64,000 nt of DNA. Origin: a virus. Shown here piece by piece: positions 1 to 10,928 of this stretch. A model generated the notes under the pieces. The model had not been told where the DNA came from, did no database searches, and was given only the letters and a program-made list of their open reading frames with translations. The translations under genes were made by a program, and so were the position numbers. Each line of letters opens with the position of its first letter. Position 1 is the first letter of the stretch. The stretch lies in the IMG/VR virus record IMGVR_UViG_3300037502_002145, positions 32,001 through 96,000 of that record. One strand, given 5' to 3'.

Positions 1-115
1 TTTCAGGATTATCTGTTGAGATATTAGGATTGTTAATTAGAGTTAATACATCTTGGTTTTGGACTAATTGATTCATAATTTTATTTTTGTATTTAATTAC
101 ATCAGAAATTACCAT
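1..115 (-). CDS. Partial virion/tail-completion gene (runs off the window start)
   Basis: GGGGGTGG RBS then ATG at 115; frame MVISDVIKYKNKIMNQLVQ... open to the window edge; lies downstream of the neck genes. Confidence 0.5.
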   Translation of the reverse strand, partial: MVISDVIKYKNKIMNQLVQNQDVLTLINNPNISTDNPE

Positions 116-129
116 CTATCCACCCCCCC

Positions 130-1146
130 TTAATAACCAATACTAATTGATAATTCTAATTCGCCAACATATCCACCAATACCATCACTAACAGAAATAT
201 TTATTACCTTACCTAATAAATCATAATTCTCCAATACTTGTATCGTACAAGTCTTATCAACATAACTAACTATTATATCTGAGTCGTAACCAACAGGTTT
301 AGTAATTACCCATATTGGCACGATAGTATCATTAATAGAACCATCAGCGTTATAGAAAGTAGGAGTGATAGTACGTTTACTTCCACCAACGGATAAAGCA
401 CCACTAGCTTTTAATGTGGAATATGTATCGATAGGAGTCGGAGGATTAACATTAGGCTCAAAATAATCACATATACCTAAATCAGGTCTATCATCGGTTT
501 TAGCTTGATCCTCAACACAGTAAATTTCAATTAAACCTTTTTCTCCGTAATTTAAAGCAGTAGTATCGACAAACGTAATCCTATAAGGTCTTGGTTCAGT
601 AGGGTGTTTATCAAGATAAAAGCGGTCATCATTTCTCAATAAAAGTGTGTTTTCATCACATGGTAAAACAACCTTTTTTCTACCATCTGGAAGCGTCATT
701 ATATCACTTTCTTTATCTCCAGTTCCTTGTATTCTGTTTGTTGATATACACGGATAGGAGAGGATAGTACCATCTGATGATTGGAATTTGATGGTAAAGT
801 TACAAAGTTGGATTTTACCTTCCTTAATTATGTCTCCAATATTATAAATTTCAATGCAAAGCCAGTACTTATTTTCTTTTGTGTCGTAAATAATATCTCC
901 AATATCTAAAGTCGAATCTTTTAAGACTTGAAATGAAGCAGTAACTATTTTTGAAACAGTTTTCTCATCGTAAATTCTACATTTAACTTGGGCATTATCT
1001 TTCCAGTGTATAATATTTAAATTAGCAGATGCATCATCTTCAAACAAAGCTTCGGTTATTCGCTTACTATCGTTTATTATGTTTTCACGATAAGTATTTC
1101 CTCCGGTTAATTCCATTCGTTTTTTAAACTTTTCATATGCCGTCAA
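130..1146 (-). CDS. Putative head-closure/neck protein with beta-rich (Ig-like) C-terminus
   Basis: 338 aa ORF; position downstream of the adaptor in an SPbeta-like morphogenesis operon. Confidence 0.5.
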   Translation of the reverse strand: MTAYEKFKKRMELTGGNTYRENIINDSKRITEALFEDDASANLNIIHWKDNAQVKCRIYDEKTVSKIVTASFQVLKDSTLDIGDIIYDTKENKYWLCIEIYNIGDIIKEGKIQLCNFTIKFQSSDGTILSYPCISTNRIQGTGDKESDIMTLPDGRKKVVLPCDENTLLLRNDDRFYLDKHPTEPRPYRITFVDTTALNYGEKGLIEIYCVEDQAKTDDRPDLGICDYFEPNVNPPTPIDTYSTLKASGALSVGGSKRTITPTFYNADGSINDTIVPIWVITKPVGYDSDIIVSYVDKTCTIQVLENYDLLGKVINISVSDGIGGYVGELELSISIGY

Positions 1147-1161
1147 TGATACACCCCCTTT

Positions 1162-1572
1162 TTATTTTTTCCATGCATATCTAACTAATAAAGTTTCATT
1201 TTCGCTTAAAAATGTCTTATGCATCAACATTAACTTGTCTAGAAAGTTTGCTGGAGAAAAAGCATGAAAATCTTTAGATGATAAATTAGCTTTTAAAATA
1301 GTAGGAACTCTTATATAATTTGAATCTAGAAATGAAAGTACCATAAAATTTGATAATATTTCAATTTCATCGTCATTGAGATCTACATTAAATTGGCTTA
1401 AGTCGTCATCTCTATTTGTAAGATCTTTTTTGCAAGAATAAAACGATACAATAGCTGGTCTTAAATAATCGTGCAACATCTCGTAAACATCTTCAATTGT
1501 CATTACTGGTATATCAAAATCCTTAAATTTGGGTAATATATTTGAATATAGTGATTCATAAGGAGTTGCCAT
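1162..1572 (-). CDS. Putative head-tail adaptor protein
   Basis: About 136 aa helical ORF; GGAGGTG RBS before ATG 1572; synteny after the capsid genes. Confidence 0.55.
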   Translation of the reverse strand: MATPYESLYSNILPKFKDFDIPVMTIEDVYEMLHDYLRPAIVSFYSCKKDLTNRDDDLSQFNVDLNDDEIEILSNFMVLSFLDSNYIRVPTILKANLSSKDFHAFSPANFLDKLMLMHKTFLSENETLLVRYAWKK

Positions 1573-1581
1573 AAGCACCTC

Positions 1582-2163
1582 CTATAAATCTAAAAGATCA
1601 AACAAGTCGATTTGTAATAATTTTTCTAAATGCTTTACAACTTTAACATCTGATATTTCACCGTTAGCAACCATATCTTTGATTTTTGATACAATACTTA
1701 ACTTTATTCCTCTTGGTGGTAAAGCATCAAACTTATCTTTAATCGCATCAATGTTATCCAATGTATAAATATCACCACTCATTAAATCGGCATAATTTTT
1801 ATATGTAGATTCTAATCCAAATGCTTTGACAACTCTATCATCCATAGGTTTTAACCATAAATCTTTAAAGTAAGACTTATAATTTCTATTCATATCTTTT
1901 AAAGTAGCGTAATTCATTGGTTCTTCGTGACCAACTTCATTCCATTCATAAAAGTCATTGTTTTTAGCATCTTTATATGAAACGTTTGGAATTAATGATA
2001 CTACTAAGATTTCATCATCATCTTTTAATGGTTTTTTAGTTTCTACTATTTTTTCCTCTGCCACAACAATTTTTTCAGTTTTAACTACCGCAGAATCGTC
2101 TACGGTAGTCTTAACTGTACTAGCTTTTGTTGTGGTCTTTTTTGTTGAACTTGTATTCGCCAT
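1582..2163 (-). CDS. Hypothetical morphogenesis-operon protein
   Basis: 193 aa with K/T-rich N-terminus; lies between the capsid and adaptor genes. Confidence 0.5.
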   Translation of the reverse strand: MANTSSTKKTTTKASTVKTTVDDSAVVKTEKIVVAEEKIVETKKPLKDDDEILVVSLIPNVSYKDAKNNDFYEWNEVGHEEPMNYATLKDMNRNYKSYFKDLWLKPMDDRVVKAFGLESTYKNYADLMSGDIYTLDNIDAIKDKFDALPPRGIKLSIVSKIKDMVANGEISDVKVVKHLEKLLQIDLFDLLDL

Positions 2164-2199
2164 TAATTAAACCACCTTTTTATTTTATTTTTTTATTTT

Positions 2200-3240
2200 T
2201 TAAGCAAATGTAAATACGCCAAAGTAAGGAGGAAGTAATAATCCCATACCTAACTTAGTTTGGATTTGAATATCAACAGATTGATCGTTATTCTTTTTAC
2301 CTGTTGTATCCATTTCTGATCTTGTGTCGCCGATGTATTCTAATTTAATAGGTTTAACATCTCCACCCATGATAAATATCTTAGAATCATCTAATGCTAA
2401 TTCAAAAGTACCAGATTTAAGTGTTTGAGGAATAACCATTAAGGAATTACCTTCCCAATCACCAATTGAACCTGTACTAGCTTTAGCTTCTTTTTGAGAA
2501 TTAGCAAACATTTTATCAGGAACAATGTTAGCAACTTTTCTTAATGCACCCTTAGTACCAGCTAAAGTGATAGAACCATATCCCCCAGCAGCTTGAACTA
2601 AATCAACTAAAGAACCAAGAGCTTCTTCGCTGTTACCTTGTTTAGCAAATTCTGTAGGAACGGCATTTGCTACATTTTGGAATTGAGCATATAATCTATC
2701 TTGAATGTATTTGTTTACAGACTTATAAATCTTATCCATAATTTTTTCAAGACCAGTAATACCAAGTAAGAATCTTTCTAAATCTTCATAAACATGAACA
2801 TAAATCCATTCACTAGGAAGAGTTACTTCTTGACCTACATCAATAGCTTGACGATTAGTATCCCAGTGATTACCAGCAAAACTAGCAACTGATAATAAAC
2901 CACCTTCAGAATAGAAAGCTGTTTTGTCTCCTAAAGCTCTGTTTTTTACTTCAACAAAAGCGTCAATAAATGGAGAGTTTAATACGTTTTCTCCAATTGT
3001 TATATTAGTGATTTCTTCCATTATTTCAAATACAACTAAATTGTTTCTTCTGAAAGCTTGATATAAAGTTTTACCTTGTAAGATTTCTTTGTTGATTTTA
3101 TCTCTTAAGTAGTTTTCTAAATCTGTTCTAGATAATTTTTCATTATCAATATGTAAAGAAAAGTCGCCCCTTGCTAAGTCTAGGGTTAAATCATAAACAT
3201 TTGTTTGTTCCTTAGTGAAGTTTAATTTACTTCCGTACAT
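2200..3240 (-). CDS. Major capsid protein (SPbeta YonB-like)
   Basis: 346 aa, strong RBS, highly biased codon usage; order portal-protease-decoration-capsid. Confidence 0.8.
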   Translation of the reverse strand: MYGSKLNFTKEQTNVYDLTLDLARGDFSLHIDNEKLSRTDLENYLRDKINKEILQGKTLYQAFRRNNLVVFEIMEEITNITIGENVLNSPFIDAFVEVKNRALGDKTAFYSEGGLLSVASFAGNHWDTNRQAIDVGQEVTLPSEWIYVHVYEDLERFLLGITGLEKIMDKIYKSVNKYIQDRLYAQFQNVANAVPTEFAKQGNSEEALGSLVDLVQAAGGYGSITLAGTKGALRKVANIVPDKMFANSQKEAKASTGSIGDWEGNSLMVIPQTLKSGTFELALDDSKIFIMGGDVKPIKLEYIGDTRSEMDTTGKKNNDQSVDIQIQTKLGMGLLLPPYFGVFTFA

Positions 3241-3265
3241 AATTCAGTACCTCCTTTTATTTTAA

Positions 3266-3808
3266 TTAAGCTAATGTGGTTACTTTTGCTTCAAATAACT
3301 CAGTAGAGTAACCATATGTGTTTGCAGTTGTAACAAGAGTAGCTCCTTGAACTCTTTTTCTCATAACTTGAGCTTCAAAAACAGGTGTAGTAGCCGCAGT
3401 TGCAGAAGCCACTAATTTACCAGTAGAATCAATTGTTAAATATGCGTTAACTAATAATGCGGCTTGAGTTGCAGTTGTCACACAAGCTTTGTTAATAGCA
3501 AATTCATCAGTTAAAGCTATAACTCTAACTCTAAATTTTGTACCTGCTGGGATAATATATTGATCTTTTCTTTGTTTTGAACGTAGACTTTCATCTTCAG
3601 TCCAAGCTGGATTATCAACAACAACTATTTCTGAACCAGCATTAGTACCTACTTCAAAATTGTAAGTTACGGATTCTCCTGTTGCTAAACCATTTAAATA
3701 ACCAAATGTACCATTTTCAATATCAGATGTTGATACAGCATCAAAAACTCTTTCAGCACCCTTAGTGCTTTTCATATTTGTAGATTCAAATACACCATAA
3801 ATAGCCAT
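3266..3808 (-). CDS. Capsid decoration/cement protein (YonC-like)
   Basis: 180 aa, T/A/G-rich beta protein between protease and capsid. Confidence 0.65.
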   Translation of the reverse strand: MAIYGVFESTNMKSTKGAERVFDAVSTSDIENGTFGYLNGLATGESVTYNFEVGTNAGSEIVVVDNPAWTEDESLRSKQRKDQYIIPAGTKFRVRVIALTDEFAINKACVTTATQAALLVNAYLTIDSTGKLVASATAATTPVFEAQVMRKRVQGATLVTTANTYGYSTELFEAKVTTLA

Positions 3809-3825
3809 AATTTAATTTCCTCCTT

Positions 3826-5298
3826 TTATTTACGCACTTTAATTGCGCCATATTTTGTTTGTATAATTCCATCATCATTAAGTGAATTATCAACTAGGTC
3901 GGCAACTAAAGAATCATCGTTTTTAGTTTTCTTTGTAAAATTTGCGTTTAAATTTTTTTGGGTAAACAGAATTGCACATTTTGATTCAATAACTTCTAAA
4001 GGTAGATTTTCTTTGTCTTCCTTAAGTGCAACATAGTCTGTAACATCAGATAAATGTTCATCAAATTTTGCAAAACATTCATCTTTCTTTTGTTCAGTTT
4101 CTTTCTTTACTCTTTCTTCAGCCTCTTTAACGAAATCATCGTATTTTGGTTTGATTTCATCGTAATCTGTTTTAATAGTGGAATAATTTGTTTCTGCTGT
4201 TTCCTTTTCGCTAGAAATTGTTTCAATTTTTCCATCAGCAACAATACAAAAATCCTCTAATTCTTTTGCAAAAGAAAAAGCACCGTCAATTGATTGAGTG
4301 CCTTCTACGAAATTTGCATATTCAATTTTCTTTTTTACTCTTGTTGCAAAGTCAATTTCTGGTTTATCACCATTCATTGCGAATGTGAAACCGTAATAAT
4401 TATAATTATCTGCCCTATCAATACAAATTACTTCGTTGTCCTGAATATCCACGATGGAATATCTAATACGCATATCCCCCCAACGATCTCTATACTGTTC
4501 ATGCGCAGATAAAATACCGTCTAATTCACTGTACTGTTGCATAACAGTTAATGAAAAATCAGTATTTGCATTATCTGGTTTTGCCATTTGTGTACCTCCT
4601 TCATTATTTTGGGTTGCCTTTAAAAAATCTGTGTAAGTCTTTAATTTATTTGACAATTCACTCTGAACACCTTTAACAAAATCATTCATTGTAAATTGGA
4701 CTTCAATGGTTGAGTTATGCATTCCGGGTTCTTGATCAATACCTAAAATACATGCAGCTCTGAATGAAAATTTAGTAAAATGAAATATATTATTTTCATC
4801 TTCATATCCTTCAACGGATGGTGGATGTAACTCCATGCTATGAGATTTAACCATATCTCGGTTCATAATTTCTGAACTCTTGTCAAACATATTCCACATA
4901 ACACCATCTACTACTAAAAATGTCCTAGTAACTCCATCATCACAGAGTCTATCTTCATAATGAGCATTATTATCCTCTGAACTAAGTATTACACCGTATG
5001 CAGTACCAGCATATTTTCTTTCTTTCTCCCCGTCTTTTCGCACTATAATATATCTGTGGTCAGAAAAATCATCATCTTTAATAGAATTTTTTTCTATAAA
5101 TCCAACTATTGGTATATATTCTAGTGATCCAATAGCGTCATCTACAACACTTTGCTCAAACATACTTGAATTAAAGTTTTCGCCTAAGTGCATCATCCAT
5201 ATTCTTACTTTTGTGAATCTACCATCAGTAGTATCCATTTCATCGAGTTTTTGAAACATTACTGGGACTGAATATTTTCCATACTGAATTAATTCCAT
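3826..5298 (-). CDS. Prohead protease-scaffold protein (YonD-like)
   Basis: Probable start ATG 5298 after AAAGGTGG; HLGENFN, IPIVG, HSMEL and CILG motifs; coiled-coil acidic C-terminal half. Confidence 0.7.
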   Translation of the reverse strand: MELIQYGKYSVPVMFQKLDEMDTTDGRFTKVRIWMMHLGENFNSSMFEQSVVDDAIGSLEYIPIVGFIEKNSIKDDDFSDHRYIIVRKDGEKERKYAGTAYGVILSSEDNNAHYEDRLCDDGVTRTFLVVDGVMWNMFDKSSEIMNRDMVKSHSMELHPPSVEGYEDENNIFHFTKFSFRAACILGIDQEPGMHNSTIEVQFTMNDFVKGVQSELSNKLKTYTDFLKATQNNEGGTQMAKPDNANTDFSLTVMQQYSELDGILSAHEQYRDRWGDMRIRYSIVDIQDNEVICIDRADNYNYYGFTFAMNGDKPEIDFATRVKKKIEYANFVEGTQSIDGAFSFAKELEDFCIVADGKIETISSEKETAETNYSTIKTDYDEIKPKYDDFVKEAEERVKKETEQKKDECFAKFDEHLSDVTDYVALKEDKENLPLEVIESKCAILFTQKNLNANFTKKTKNDDSLVADLVDNSLNDDGIIQTKYGAIKVRK

Positions 5299-5317
5299 TT
5301 TAATATCACCACCTTTC

Positions 5318-6817
5318 TCATCGTTTATCGTTAGCCTCAGTATCACGGGTAATTTCACCAGAATCAGATAATTCATCTTGCTCAGGTCTACCAGCCTCAC
5401 TTGAACCACTTTGAGTATAAGAAGAAGATAGTGGTATCATGTTTTCTTGGAAATTAAAAACCTTTTGTTGCAATATAAAAGCACCTTCAATTTTAGAAGG
5501 TGTTATATCTAAAGCTGCTAACCATCTAGGAATTAATGGAGCACCAAAGCTACAACTTTTTTGATATCTATCTATAACTTTATCTCTGTTATATATTGTG
5601 ATATCCAATAAGAACATTGCGAATTTATAGTTCTGTTTATTGTATTTGCCTATTTTGATACATCTGTTAATCCACCTCTCAAACTGGCGATAAACTGCAT
5701 AAATAAGTCCAGAATCATTTTCAATAGAATTAGTTAATGCAGTACCACTAGAAGATCCATTAAACATTTCTTTTGAAACACCACCAGAGTTATATATGTC
5801 ATCTGTTGAATCGGCTACATTGTTTCTTGTGTTACTACTATCTTTGAAAGATATCGCCTCACCTTTTGATCCTAAAGTATGAATTATACCTATATCATCT
5901 GACATACTTTCTCTGTTTAATTCCGCAAAAACTCCTAAAGTGTCTGGTGTTAATAAAGGCTTGTCAATTGTAGAATCATCAATTGGAACTTCAACCATTA
6001 TAGCCTTATAATTATCAGTTCTAGCAGATTGCAATTTTAATTTTTTATAGGTATCTAAATCAAAAATATCCCTAACCGTTGATATAAGCAAAGGATAAGG
6101 ATAAGTTAAGTGACTATTCAATTTAATACATATTTGTTTATCTGATGGGGGTATATACCAATTAGGAATATCTCCGTTTTTATAATCTAAGTATGCTCTT
6201 TGTAAAAACTCAGGATATGCACCGATATTTATTGGATTAATAGATGACAAGTTTACTTTGTAATTAAACAACCCATCTTGTGTTTTACATAATTTACACA
6301 TTCTATTATCAAGAGGTTGTATAAAGTAATCTTGATTACTATCAAAGACAACTCCATAAAAAACATCTTGGTATGGTAATACTTTCATTATCTTTGAAAA
6401 CTCATGTTTAATATTCATTTTCTCTAGATATGAAGCTAGTGCAAAATAGTGTTTTTTTAGAGTTTCTACGTTATAATTTTCTCTAACATCATACAAGTCA
6501 ATTCCCCAATCAAATACAGCCATGTTACTAAAATATGTATTTAAACGATTGTAATGAGGTGAAATACGCATTAAAAAATCACTAGTAGAAACTAATACAT
6601 CAGACATTGAATTTGGATATTCTAATGCGTTGTTAATTTCTTCAAGTGAATAATTTCCACACCTAAATGTTTCTATGATGTTATTTACACATAAATCATG
6701 AATCATAAGCCTTTTAAACCCTGTCCAGTCAACTGGTTTATTTTCATCTATAGACTTATTAAAATTATCTTCATCGTTCTGATATGCTTTTTTAGTGTAT
6801 ATTGTTTTATTTGGCAA
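5318..6817 (-). CDS. Portal protein (YonE-like)
   Basis: 499 aa directly after TerL; C-terminal PLSSSYTQS...GRP motif typical of these portals. Confidence 0.8.
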   Translation of the reverse strand: MPNKTIYTKKAYQNDEDNFNKSIDENKPVDWTGFKRLMIHDLCVNNIIETFRCGNYSLEEINNALEYPNSMSDVLVSTSDFLMRISPHYNRLNTYFSNMAVFDWGIDLYDVRENYNVETLKKHYFALASYLEKMNIKHEFSKIMKVLPYQDVFYGVVFDSNQDYFIQPLDNRMCKLCKTQDGLFNYKVNLSSINPINIGAYPEFLQRAYLDYKNGDIPNWYIPPSDKQICIKLNSHLTYPYPLLISTVRDIFDLDTYKKLKLQSARTDNYKAIMVEVPIDDSTIDKPLLTPDTLGVFAELNRESMSDDIGIIHTLGSKGEAISFKDSSNTRNNVADSTDDIYNSGGVSKEMFNGSSSGTALTNSIENDSGLIYAVYRQFERWINRCIKIGKYNKQNYKFAMFLLDITIYNRDKVIDRYQKSCSFGAPLIPRWLAALDITPSKIEGAFILQQKVFNFQENMIPLSSSYTQSGSSEAGRPEQDELSDSGEITRDTEANDKR

Positions 6818-6836
6818 TTTAGTATTTCACCTCCTT

Positions 6837-8537
6837 CTAATACATTTTTGGTTTATGATTTAACTTTGATAGTGATTTTGCATAATCTTGGGCATTGAAA
6901 TTATTTTTTTGTATAAAAGAAGTGTATTCTGTAATATACCATATTAAATATGCTAATGCCGAAAAACGATCCTTGTCTAATTTTTTAACAACTTTTTCCA
7001 CAGACAAAGCACCGTTATTCATATTCTTAAGTTTAAGATTAGCAATTTCTTCAAATAATAAATCTGTTTGAACATAAGGTAATATGTTTAATTCCACATT
7101 CTCTCTATCTTTTGAAGTAAAATCACCTTCTTGTTTTTTTGCTAATAATCTCAATTGTCCACTGTCAACTGAATTTATAAAATTTGTAATTACTTTGCTT
7201 TGATATGATTGGGCTTTCATGTCAAATAAACATTGTTCTGCTCCAATAGTTTCGGGCTGATTATCCGTATTCATTGTGTCCCAACAACCCAAATATTCAC
7301 CAGTTATAGGGTCATATGAATCTTTTAATAATTCATCTATAAGACCACTACCCAATCCATTACCATCGGCAATAACAGCTTTCGCATTAAAAGAATTTTT
7401 AGTCTTTTTTACAATACACGCCTGAGCTGTAAAATTCAATGAATTAGATATAGTTATTATATTTGGTATTTCTACAGACAATATTCTATTTGTATCTTTA
7501 TTTCTTATAACCCTTCCAACAGCAATGGAAGATTGGTTATTTGAACTTTTTTGAGATCTTGCAACATCGACACCAAGATAAAATTCTTCATCATTTTTAT
7601 TTTTGTTTATCATTGGAGTAGTAAGAGTCCGACATCTCATTAATTTATTAATATCAACTAACGCTCCGTCTGAACTTCCCACCCATTCTTGCTCGTAGTT
7701 TTGAGCAAAAGCAATAGGTGCGCTATTACGTTTCTTTTTAAGAATCTGACTTTTATTACTACCTCTACCAAACCAACATGGTAACATCCAATTAGAACCT
7801 AAGACTATTTGTCCTTTTAAATCACACATGTCGTCGTACATTTTTATACTTCTATAATATTCGTCTGATCCTCTAAACCCAGAAGTAGTAAAGAAGTGAA
7901 TCTGCTGATTTAATTCCTCTGGATCTACTAATCCTAATTTTCCCACAGTATATCTAGGCACTTCTGTAACAGGTTCTAATGCGTCTTCAAACAGGACATT
8001 GTTTAATAAGGCAGCTTCTTCAATTTTTAGTCTTCTTCTTCTTTGACCTTTTGTGCTTTGTGCATTTGCAATTGCATCCACAGTAGAACCATTTTTAAAT
8101 GTAATTAAAGCATCACCTTTTATAAATTTAGGCTCACACGCTAATTCATTTTCAATAAGCGGGTATTTTTTTCTAATTTCATTAAACTTAGATTTTAATA
8201 AGTCGGCTGCATTTTCTTTTGTTTGAGCAGAAATTGCCAATTCCATTTCAGGAAACAAAATTGCCACAATAACACAAGATAAAACTTCATTAAATGTCTT
8301 TGCGTAACCCCTACTAAAAACCCCGTACATATTCATAAATCGTACGTCGGTTCTTAAAAATACCCTTTGATCAAGATGAAGGTTAAAGTTACTCTTATCA
8401 GTTTTTAACAAATCGATAAATAAATCTGGATACCACCTTGCCCAACTAATAAAGTCATAGTAGTTATATAAGTTTTTACCAAACACCGTATCATCCTGAA
8501 GCTCTTGTATCCGTTTTTTTATAGACTCATCCGTCAT
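6837..8537 (-). CDS. terL: Terminase large subunit (YonF-like)
   Basis: Walker A SRGYAKT, GQRR..IEEA Walker B region, nuclease motifs LGVDVAR, IADGNGLG and KDRFSA. Confidence 0.9.
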   Translation of the reverse strand: MTDESIKKRIQELQDDTVFGKNLYNYYDFISWARWYPDLFIDLLKTDKSNFNLHLDQRVFLRTDVRFMNMYGVFSRGYAKTFNEVLSCVIVAILFPEMELAISAQTKENAADLLKSKFNEIRKKYPLIENELACEPKFIKGDALITFKNGSTVDAIANAQSTKGQRRRRLKIEEAALLNNVLFEDALEPVTEVPRYTVGKLGLVDPEELNQQIHFFTTSGFRGSDEYYRSIKMYDDMCDLKGQIVLGSNWMLPCWFGRGSNKSQILKKKRNSAPIAFAQNYEQEWVGSSDGALVDINKLMRCRTLTTPMINKNKNDEEFYLGVDVARSQKSSNNQSSIAVGRVIRNKDTNRILSVEIPNIITISNSLNFTAQACIVKKTKNSFNAKAVIADGNGLGSGLIDELLKDSYDPITGEYLGCWDTMNTDNQPETIGAEQCLFDMKAQSYQSKVITNFINSVDSGQLRLLAKKQEGDFTSKDRENVELNILPYVQTDLLFEEIANLKLKNMNNGALSVEKVVKKLDKDRFSALAYLIWYITEYTSFIQKNNFNAQDYAKSLSKLNHKPKMY

Positions 8538-9646
8538 GTATCTTCCTCCTCATCGGAATCCGCATCGGCATTATAATCCTTAGGAAGAGTGATGAATTTT
8601 TCAATATTCTGTCTGTTATTCAAAGTAGTATCATTAGTAAATATACCATGTGGATCACCATATTGTTTTAAATATTCAGATACTTTGTCATCGTAAAACT
8701 TATAGACTTCTTCATATTCTACAGTCGGTAGTCCTTTTAATTTTCTTGCATAATTAATATAACAATAAATAATAAAATCTGCGGAATCATGAGGTTGATT
8801 TTTATACTTTGGTAAAACACTAATTACATCCGTAGCTTGTTCAATTGCTAACCCTAATTCGCTAAAACTATTAACACCTTTTTGCAGGTCTGCTTGTGTG
8901 AGCTGTTTAGGTGTCAGTTTTGCTTTATCTGCTGCGTCTTGTGCTGCCTTGCTCCACTTTTCAGCTTCTCCAACATTACCGGCGGCAGTTGCCAATTCTT
9001 CTTTAACTTTAAATCGTACATATGTAGCAAGAGCTTCTTGATGTAGGTTGGTTTGCATTGTGTAATTTACTTTTAATGTATCATACTTTTTCTTCATCAA
9101 TCGATATTCATTTTTTGTAAATCCTTCACCAAACAAATCCAGCAAATCGTCCGTAACAACAAAATCATCGACTTGCTTAACATAAACTTCTTCTTTATCT
9201 TTTTGTTTCTTTTCAGCAGTCGTGACAGCAGATGAAATGGAAGTTCCATTATCCAATAAAGCTATTGATTCTAAAAATGACATCTTCGAATATTGTGGAA
9301 GAGAGGCTATATTCTTCATATAATTGCCTACCAAGTCTTTACGACCTTTTCCAGTAGAAATAGCTGTATTAGTTTCTTCTATAGCACTATCAATTGCAAT
9401 GGGTACAAAAGGTTTATCCATTAACATTAACATATGTTTAAATCCTTCTATATTTAAGCTACCATCAGGATTTAATGATCCCTGTTTCACACAAGCCTTA
9501 CACACATTGACAGTCTTACCATCACTTGAAGTTGCTGGATTAGAAGCTATGTAGTAATTAGTGAGGTTTTTAACTTTTCTACAATTGGTACATTTCTTTT
9601 CGCCAACGGGTGGCTTTTGTCTTGCTTTTTGTGGCAATATAGACAC
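8534..9646 (-). CDS. Zn-finger protein upstream of TerL, putative terminase small subunit (YonG-like)
   Basis: CxxC...CxxC N-terminus; overlaps the TerL start. Confidence 0.55.
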   Translation of the reverse strand: MSILPQKARQKPPVGEKKCTNCRKVKNLTNYYIASNPATSSDGKTVNVCKACVKQGSLNPDGSLNIEGFKHMLMLMDKPFVPIAIDSAIEETNTAISTGKGRKDLVGNYMKNIASLPQYSKMSFLESIALLDNGTSISSAVTTAEKKQKDKEEVYVKQVDDFVVTDDLLDLFGEGFTKNEYRLMKKKYDTLKVNYTMQTNLHQEALATYVRFKVKEELATAAGNVGEAEKWSKAAQDAADKAKLTPKQLTQADLQKGVNSFSELGLAIEQATDVISVLPKYKNQPHDSADFIIYCYINYARKLKGLPTVEYEEVYKFYDDKVSEYLKQYGDPHGIFTNDTTLNNRQNIEKFITLPKDYNADADSDEEEDT

Positions 9647-9669
9647 CTCCTTATTTATATTTTTTACAT

Positions 9670-9702
9670 AGAAAAAGCAACCGATATTTCACAGTTGCTT
9701 TT
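9670..9702 (-). terminator. Probable intrinsic terminator
   Basis: AAAAGCAAC...GTTGCTTTT hairpin downstream of the antirepressor gene. Confidence 0.5.
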
Positions 9703-9717
9703 CGTTTTATGTATTAT

Positions 9718-10608
9718 TTAAGCACTCATACCAAATGGAAGAGTACTATCGTTTGTTTTGCTTTTCAGTTCTTCTACATATTTTCGTTTATTCTCTATTA
9801 TATCTTTTATATCTGAATCATCAACTAATTGTTTTGCATTTGGAAACATCGCTTCAAAATATTTAGACAACATAACGTGTCTTTGATATCTGTTATATCC
9901 CATATTTAAATAAGCTATATTTTGTTCTTGCAAACTCCTTATGTATTCATTATAAGTTTTATTGAGACTATCTCTTGTTATCTTGTCTTTGCAGTCTAAA
10001 TAGTGCCTTATTTCACTTGCAATCATACCAGTGCAAATCATGTTTATAGAATTTGATTCATATATCCTATCCCATTTATCAATATTTCTGTTTTGAGTTT
10101 TAACAAGATAATCGTCTAATGCTTTACACATTCTATTGAATCCTTCTTTTTCAGGATTTCTAGTTTCTTCCCATTTAATATTGTTAATAATAGCTTCTTC
10201 CATATAAATGAAATATTTTCTTGCTATTTTACTATTTTCTTTTAGTTTGTGTGATGTACGCCCACCTTTTATACCAGATACCATGGCTATTTCTTTAGCT
10301 GTAGAAATTTTTATATTATAATCTATAGTAGGTCTTCCACCAACTGGTGAGGTTTTCCCCTTTGAAGGGGAATCGATAATATAGTCAATAAACTCTTCTA
10401 AATACATATCTTCAATTTGTTGTTTTATCCATGTTGAAAAATCTCTACCAACACCCAATTGTTCATGTAGTTTCCTAGCATCAACCCAAGTATCATTATC
10501 TTCTAGTAAAATTGGTAATCTTTTTTGGTACTCCAATATTAATTGTGTCTTTTCTGCATTAAATCCTAATTGTTCTTGTAGCTGTTTTCTTGTAAATTTT
10601 TTAATCAT
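9718..10608 (-). CDS. AntA/AntB-family antirepressor
   Basis: VDARKLHEQLGVGRDFSTWIK...GGRPTIDY...AKEIAM signature. Confidence 0.8.
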   Translation of the reverse strand: MIKKFTRKQLQEQLGFNAEKTQLILEYQKRLPILLEDNDTWVDARKLHEQLGVGRDFSTWIKQQIEDMYLEEFIDYIIDSPSKGKTSPVGGRPTIDYNIKISTAKEIAMVSGIKGGRTSHKLKENSKIARKYFIYMEEAIINNIKWEETRNPEKEGFNRMCKALDDYLVKTQNRNIDKWDRIYESNSINMICTGMIASEIRHYLDCKDKITRDSLNKTYNEYIRSLQEQNIAYLNMGYNRYQRHVMLSKYFEAMFPNAKQLVDDSDIKDIIENKRKYVEELKSKTNDSTLPFGMSA

Positions 10609-10928
10609 TTAACATCTCCTTTACTTTATTTTTGGTTAATAGTAAAGGAGAATAGTCTTATTAGTGTCATCACGACATGTGCTATTCTCCAACATAGGAT
10701 TCAACATTTCGTTTTATCCATAGTCAAAGATGGCGAGTAATTATCTCGCAAATCTAAGTATGAGCCGTTGGTACATAATCCAACAATTAGTCACTCATTT
10801 GCATTTACTCTCACCAATGCTGTATTCTCTGTACGTGTACTTTTGCACACAAAAAGAGCCATACGCTTTGACACGTACCGCCCCTGATTTGAATAGAATT
10901 ATCCTTTTATAGTATTATATTAATGTCG

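Noticed and set aside
5299-5409. N-terminal extension of the protease ORF overlapping the portal gene
   Set aside because: A good RBS precedes ATG 5298; the extension is an in-frame run-on.
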